This document shows positions 60,760 to 64,000 of a stretch of DNA of 64,000 bases, one piece after another (the first letter of the stretch is position 1; every line of letters starts with the position of its first letter). The translations under genes and the position numbers were made by a program. Source of the DNA: Ptychomitrium polyphyllum (Eukaryota); assembly GCA_973851085.1 (NCBI GenBank), contig OZ316775.1:12648001-12712000 (forward strand), given 5' to 3'. Under the pieces are notes generated by a model. The model was given only the letters and a program-made list of their open reading frames with translations. It was not told the origin of the DNA and searched no databases.

Positions 60760-60979
60760 AGCATTAGATTGCTCGAAGTCTTAGAATTAGTATGGGATAG
60801 AGGTAATAAGTTGAAATGAAGAGCATTAAAATTAATCCATATTATTTGGAGTGGGTGGAAGATTTATCCCATATTGATTGAAAGACTCATGTGGTTTGAA
60901 GAAAAATAAAGGGCAGAGCAAGGAATGGGATGATTACTCTCATTCCAAGCATTGTTTGCATACTTTGTGTATTTCAATA

Positions 60980-63637
60980 CATAGTCCTCATCACTTAGCT
61001 TCATCAACCTCAAGTTAGACTCCAAAGGTGTTCCCACTGGCTTGCAGTCTTCCATGTTGAATCGCTTCAAGACCACTTTGATGTACTTCCTTTGGCTCAT
61101 GGTGATGGTCCTTTTCGCACGATCCCTCATATATTCCACTCCATGACAATACTGTAACTTGCCCAAATCACTCATCTCAAACTCCTGCTCTAATTTGGCC
61201 TTCAACCACTCTAGCTTCTCCGAAAGGTTGGCCAACATGATCAAGTCATCCACATAGAGAATCACAATCAACAAGAATTCCATGGTCTGCATCACATACA
61301 AGGAATGATCCGCCTCACTTCTCACAAACCCTTCCTTCCTAAAGAATGCATCAATGCGTTGGTACCATGCCCTTGGCGATTGCTTAAGCCCGTACAAGGC
61401 CTTCTTCAACTTGCAAACAAGGTGTTCCAAGCCTTCATGTACAAACCCTGGAGGTTGCTCCATGTAGATGTCTTCTTCCAACTCTCCATTTAGAAAGGCC
61501 GTCTTCACATCCATCTGGTGCACCTCCAAGTCCATTGCCGCAGCTATGGCCAAGATGGTCCTAATGGTGGTGAACTTGGCCACAGGTGCAAAGGTCTCAT
61601 TGAAGTCCACACCAGCAACTTGTGAGTATCCTTTGGCAACTAGCCTTGCCTTGTGCCTCACAATTGCACCCGAAGCATCCCTCTTGCTTCTAAACACCCA
61701 CTTGCAACCTATGCAAGAACGATTTGGAGGAAGTTGAGTCAAGTGCCATGTGCCATTGTCCATCAGCGACTTGTACTCCTCTTCCATGGCCTTCTCCCAG
61801 TTCATTGCATCCGTGGACTTCAAGGCATCGCACATAGTTAAAGGATCAACGAGGAGGGCAACATTGGCATGTTCTGCACTCACTTTTGGAAAGATGTGGT
61901 TCTTCCACCATTCACCAAGTGGCCTCCTCTCCCTCATGGGATACCTCCTTCCACTCATTGCAGGCCTCTCTTCTTGTAATGCATCCCCTTCTCCTTCACT
62001 TAGAGGATTATCCTCCTCACTTGGATGAAGATGCTCACCATCATCTTGTGAGGCTCCTCTGCTGGTCTTAAGGGTGGAAGTCGCCTTGCTCTCCCCCTCC
62101 ATTGTTCCTTCACCTCCATCCACATCTCCACCTTCTTCCTTGGTTGTTGTGGAGGATGTGTCCACAATCACACCATTACTCCCACTTGGACACATCCCCA
62201 AGTGCTCACAAGCACTCTTGTGCTCCAAGAACTCAACATCACGACTCTTGATGATCTTCTTGCTCTCCACACACATCAACCTATATGCTTTGCTGCCCTC
62301 ACAGTAACCCAAGAACACACACTTTGTACCCTTTGCATCAAGCTTGGACCTCATGCAATCTTGAACCTTTGCATATGCAAGGCATCCGAAGGTCCTCATG
62401 TGTGAAACACAAGGCTTCTTACCACTCCAAGCTTCTTCGGGGGTCATGGATGCAAGGGCACTTGTGGGGCACCTATTTCTTGTGTACACCGCATTCACCA
62501 CCGCTTCCGCCCACAACTCATGTCCAAGATGTTGGGCATGAAGCATGCTCCTCGCCATCTCCACAATGGTGCGATTTGCCCTCTCAGCAACTCCATTTTG
62601 TTGTGGAGTGTATGGAGTGGAGGTTTGCCTTGCAATGCCTTCACTCCTCAACAAGTCATCAAAACATTTGGATAAGAACTCACCACCATTATCCGAACGC
62701 AACACCTTGATCTTGGACTCACATTGCTTCTCCACAAGCGCCTTGAACTCCTTGAATCTTGCAAAGCATTCGCTCTTGGCCTTGAGGATGAACACCCATA
62801 CTTTCCTCGAATAATCATCAATGAAGGTGAGGAAGTACCTTGCTCCCCCGATGGATGGAGTCCTCATAGGCCCGCACACGTCGGAATGCACAATCTCCAA
62901 CAATTTGCTTGCACGACTTGCCACTCCACTTGGAAACGACGCCCTTTGCTGCTTGCCTTGGATGCAAGCCTCACAAGCAAGTTCCTTGGCCTTGTGGCAT
63001 GTTGTACCGAGATCCAAGCCGCTTACCATGCCTTGGAGCTCCTTCATGGCCTTCACATTGAGGTGCCCAAGGCGCCCATGCCATATGCCAAACTTGTCTT
63101 GGTCTTGCCTCCCACAACAACCTCCACCACAATGGAACCCATTCCAATGGCCTCCACCACGCCATTGTCACCCATGAGCACACTAGTGGCTGCAATTGCC
63201 TCATAAGTATGGAATGAGCACTTGTAAGGAGTCATGTGCTTTGTGGCGCCCGAATCAACTATCCACTTGGACAAGGCCGCCATAGGCGCCCCCTCGCTTG
63301 CCATGAAGGCACAATCACCACCTCCAAGGTGGTCCATCACATGGTTGGCATCCTCCCTCTCTCCTTTCTTCGCCTTGAAGCAATTTCGAGCAAAATGACC
63401 TGGTTTTCCACACACAAAGCGCATTCGAAGATTTGGACGTTGATTAGAATAGGTGGCCTTGCCTTGCCTCGAGAAGAGGGCGGAGTCCTCACTTGAATTC
63501 GCCTTCTCCTTCCTCTTGGTGTCCTCGTGGCTCAATCTCGCCGTCACATAGTCCATGGTGAGGTCCTTGATGGGAATGGACTCCAAGGCCACTATGAGAT
63601 AGCTATAGGACTCCGGCAAGCTCATGAGCAATGTAAT
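60980..63637 (-). mobile_element. Internal fragment C3 of a C2-family Copia element, inverted, truncated at both ends by LTRs, with a 238-bp internal deletion
   Basis: ORFs 63053-63631 and 60864-63056 are near-identical to the C2 polyprotein from mid-gag to late RT. Deletion junction at 63097-63106. Confidence 0.95.
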
Positions 63638-64000
63638 TATTGAAGAAATGCAACAAAGCTAGTACAACAAGCAAGAAGAGAGAGAGCAAAGTTGCAACAA
63701 GAGAAGTGTGGAGCAAGATGACTCGCACTTCCAAAACCCCTTTACTTATACTTGAGAGTCATCCACCAAAATGTGCCACTTGGCGGCCATGCATTTGCCT
63801 CTACTATATGAGTGACATGTGGCGGCTAACCCTAACCCTAGCCGCCGTACCCGCCACCCTAACCCTAACGGCCGCCCTAACCCTAATGGCCGCCCTAACC
63901 TTAGCCGCCATACAAAACCCTTGTTGCCTTTTCTTAACCCTAGCCTCCATATCCCCTATAGCCTCTTTCCTCACACTCCTTTGACCATTAGCAACATATC
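63638..64000 (-). repeat. C2-family LTR (element C4) inserted in the gag of C3; runs off the window
   Basis: Reverse complement of the last 363 bp of the C2 LTR. Its ...TTCAATA end abuts gag sequence ATTACATTG rather than a PBS. Confidence 0.93.

Larger units (their letters stand above)
50462..60979 (+). mobile_element. Ty1/Copia element C1 (short ~232-bp LTR family), decayed, interrupted by C2
   Basis: LTRs 50462-50693 and 60747-60979; PBS GGTTATGGACCCAC 50694-50707; PPT AAAGTGGGAG 60737-60746. gag-PR-IN 51327-53577 and RT-RH 58946-60759, with a frameshift near 51925 and stops at 53039, 59809, 60181 and 60364. No TSD (ATAAT vs CATAG). Confidence 0.92.

Noticed and set aside
60864..60979. 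Novel C-terminal extension on the 730-aa C3 ORF (VLKYTKYANNAW...)
   Set aside because: Read-through from truncated RT into the antisense strand of the C1 LTR.
51188..63496. Many antisense and alternate-frame ORFs over the Copia polyproteins
   Set aside because: Shadow ORFs expected from codon bias; no independent motifs.

Overview
Eukaryotic, plant-type DNA, most likely a moss (Physcomitrium-like). This is inferred from the retroelement types and gene architecture, not from a database match. The window has three zones. (1) 1-32 kb is AT-rich, decayed transposon terrain: one Ty3/Gypsy chromovirus on the minus strand (A1, 5980-12143) and a nest in which a second copy of that family (A2, 18175-26160) sits inside the RT of a different chromovirus family (B, 15646-31257), plus two probable solo-LTR insertions. 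(2) 34.9-43.7 kb holds two convergent intron-containing genes: a WD40 tRNA m7G46 methyltransferase subunit (TRM82/WDR4, +) and a group VIII-b (ESR/DRN/PUCHI-like) AP2/ERF factor (-). (3) 50.4-64 kb is a cluster of mutually nested Ty1/Copia elements with half-tRNAiMet primer sites. One of them is very young and intact (53578-58940), and its LTRs end in non-canonical TA and carry a TTAGGG/G-quadruplex-like cassette. The most novel signal is an extra ORF between the chromodomain and the polypurine tract, whose protein motifs (CxRPCxE..H..FEGCF..EYxA) are conserved between two Gypsy families with unrelated LTRs. Other notable signals are a Tf1-type self-priming site that co-varies between the families, a -1 frameshift pseudoknot and perfect heat-shock elements in the LTRs. 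All alignments and difference counts were done by eye.
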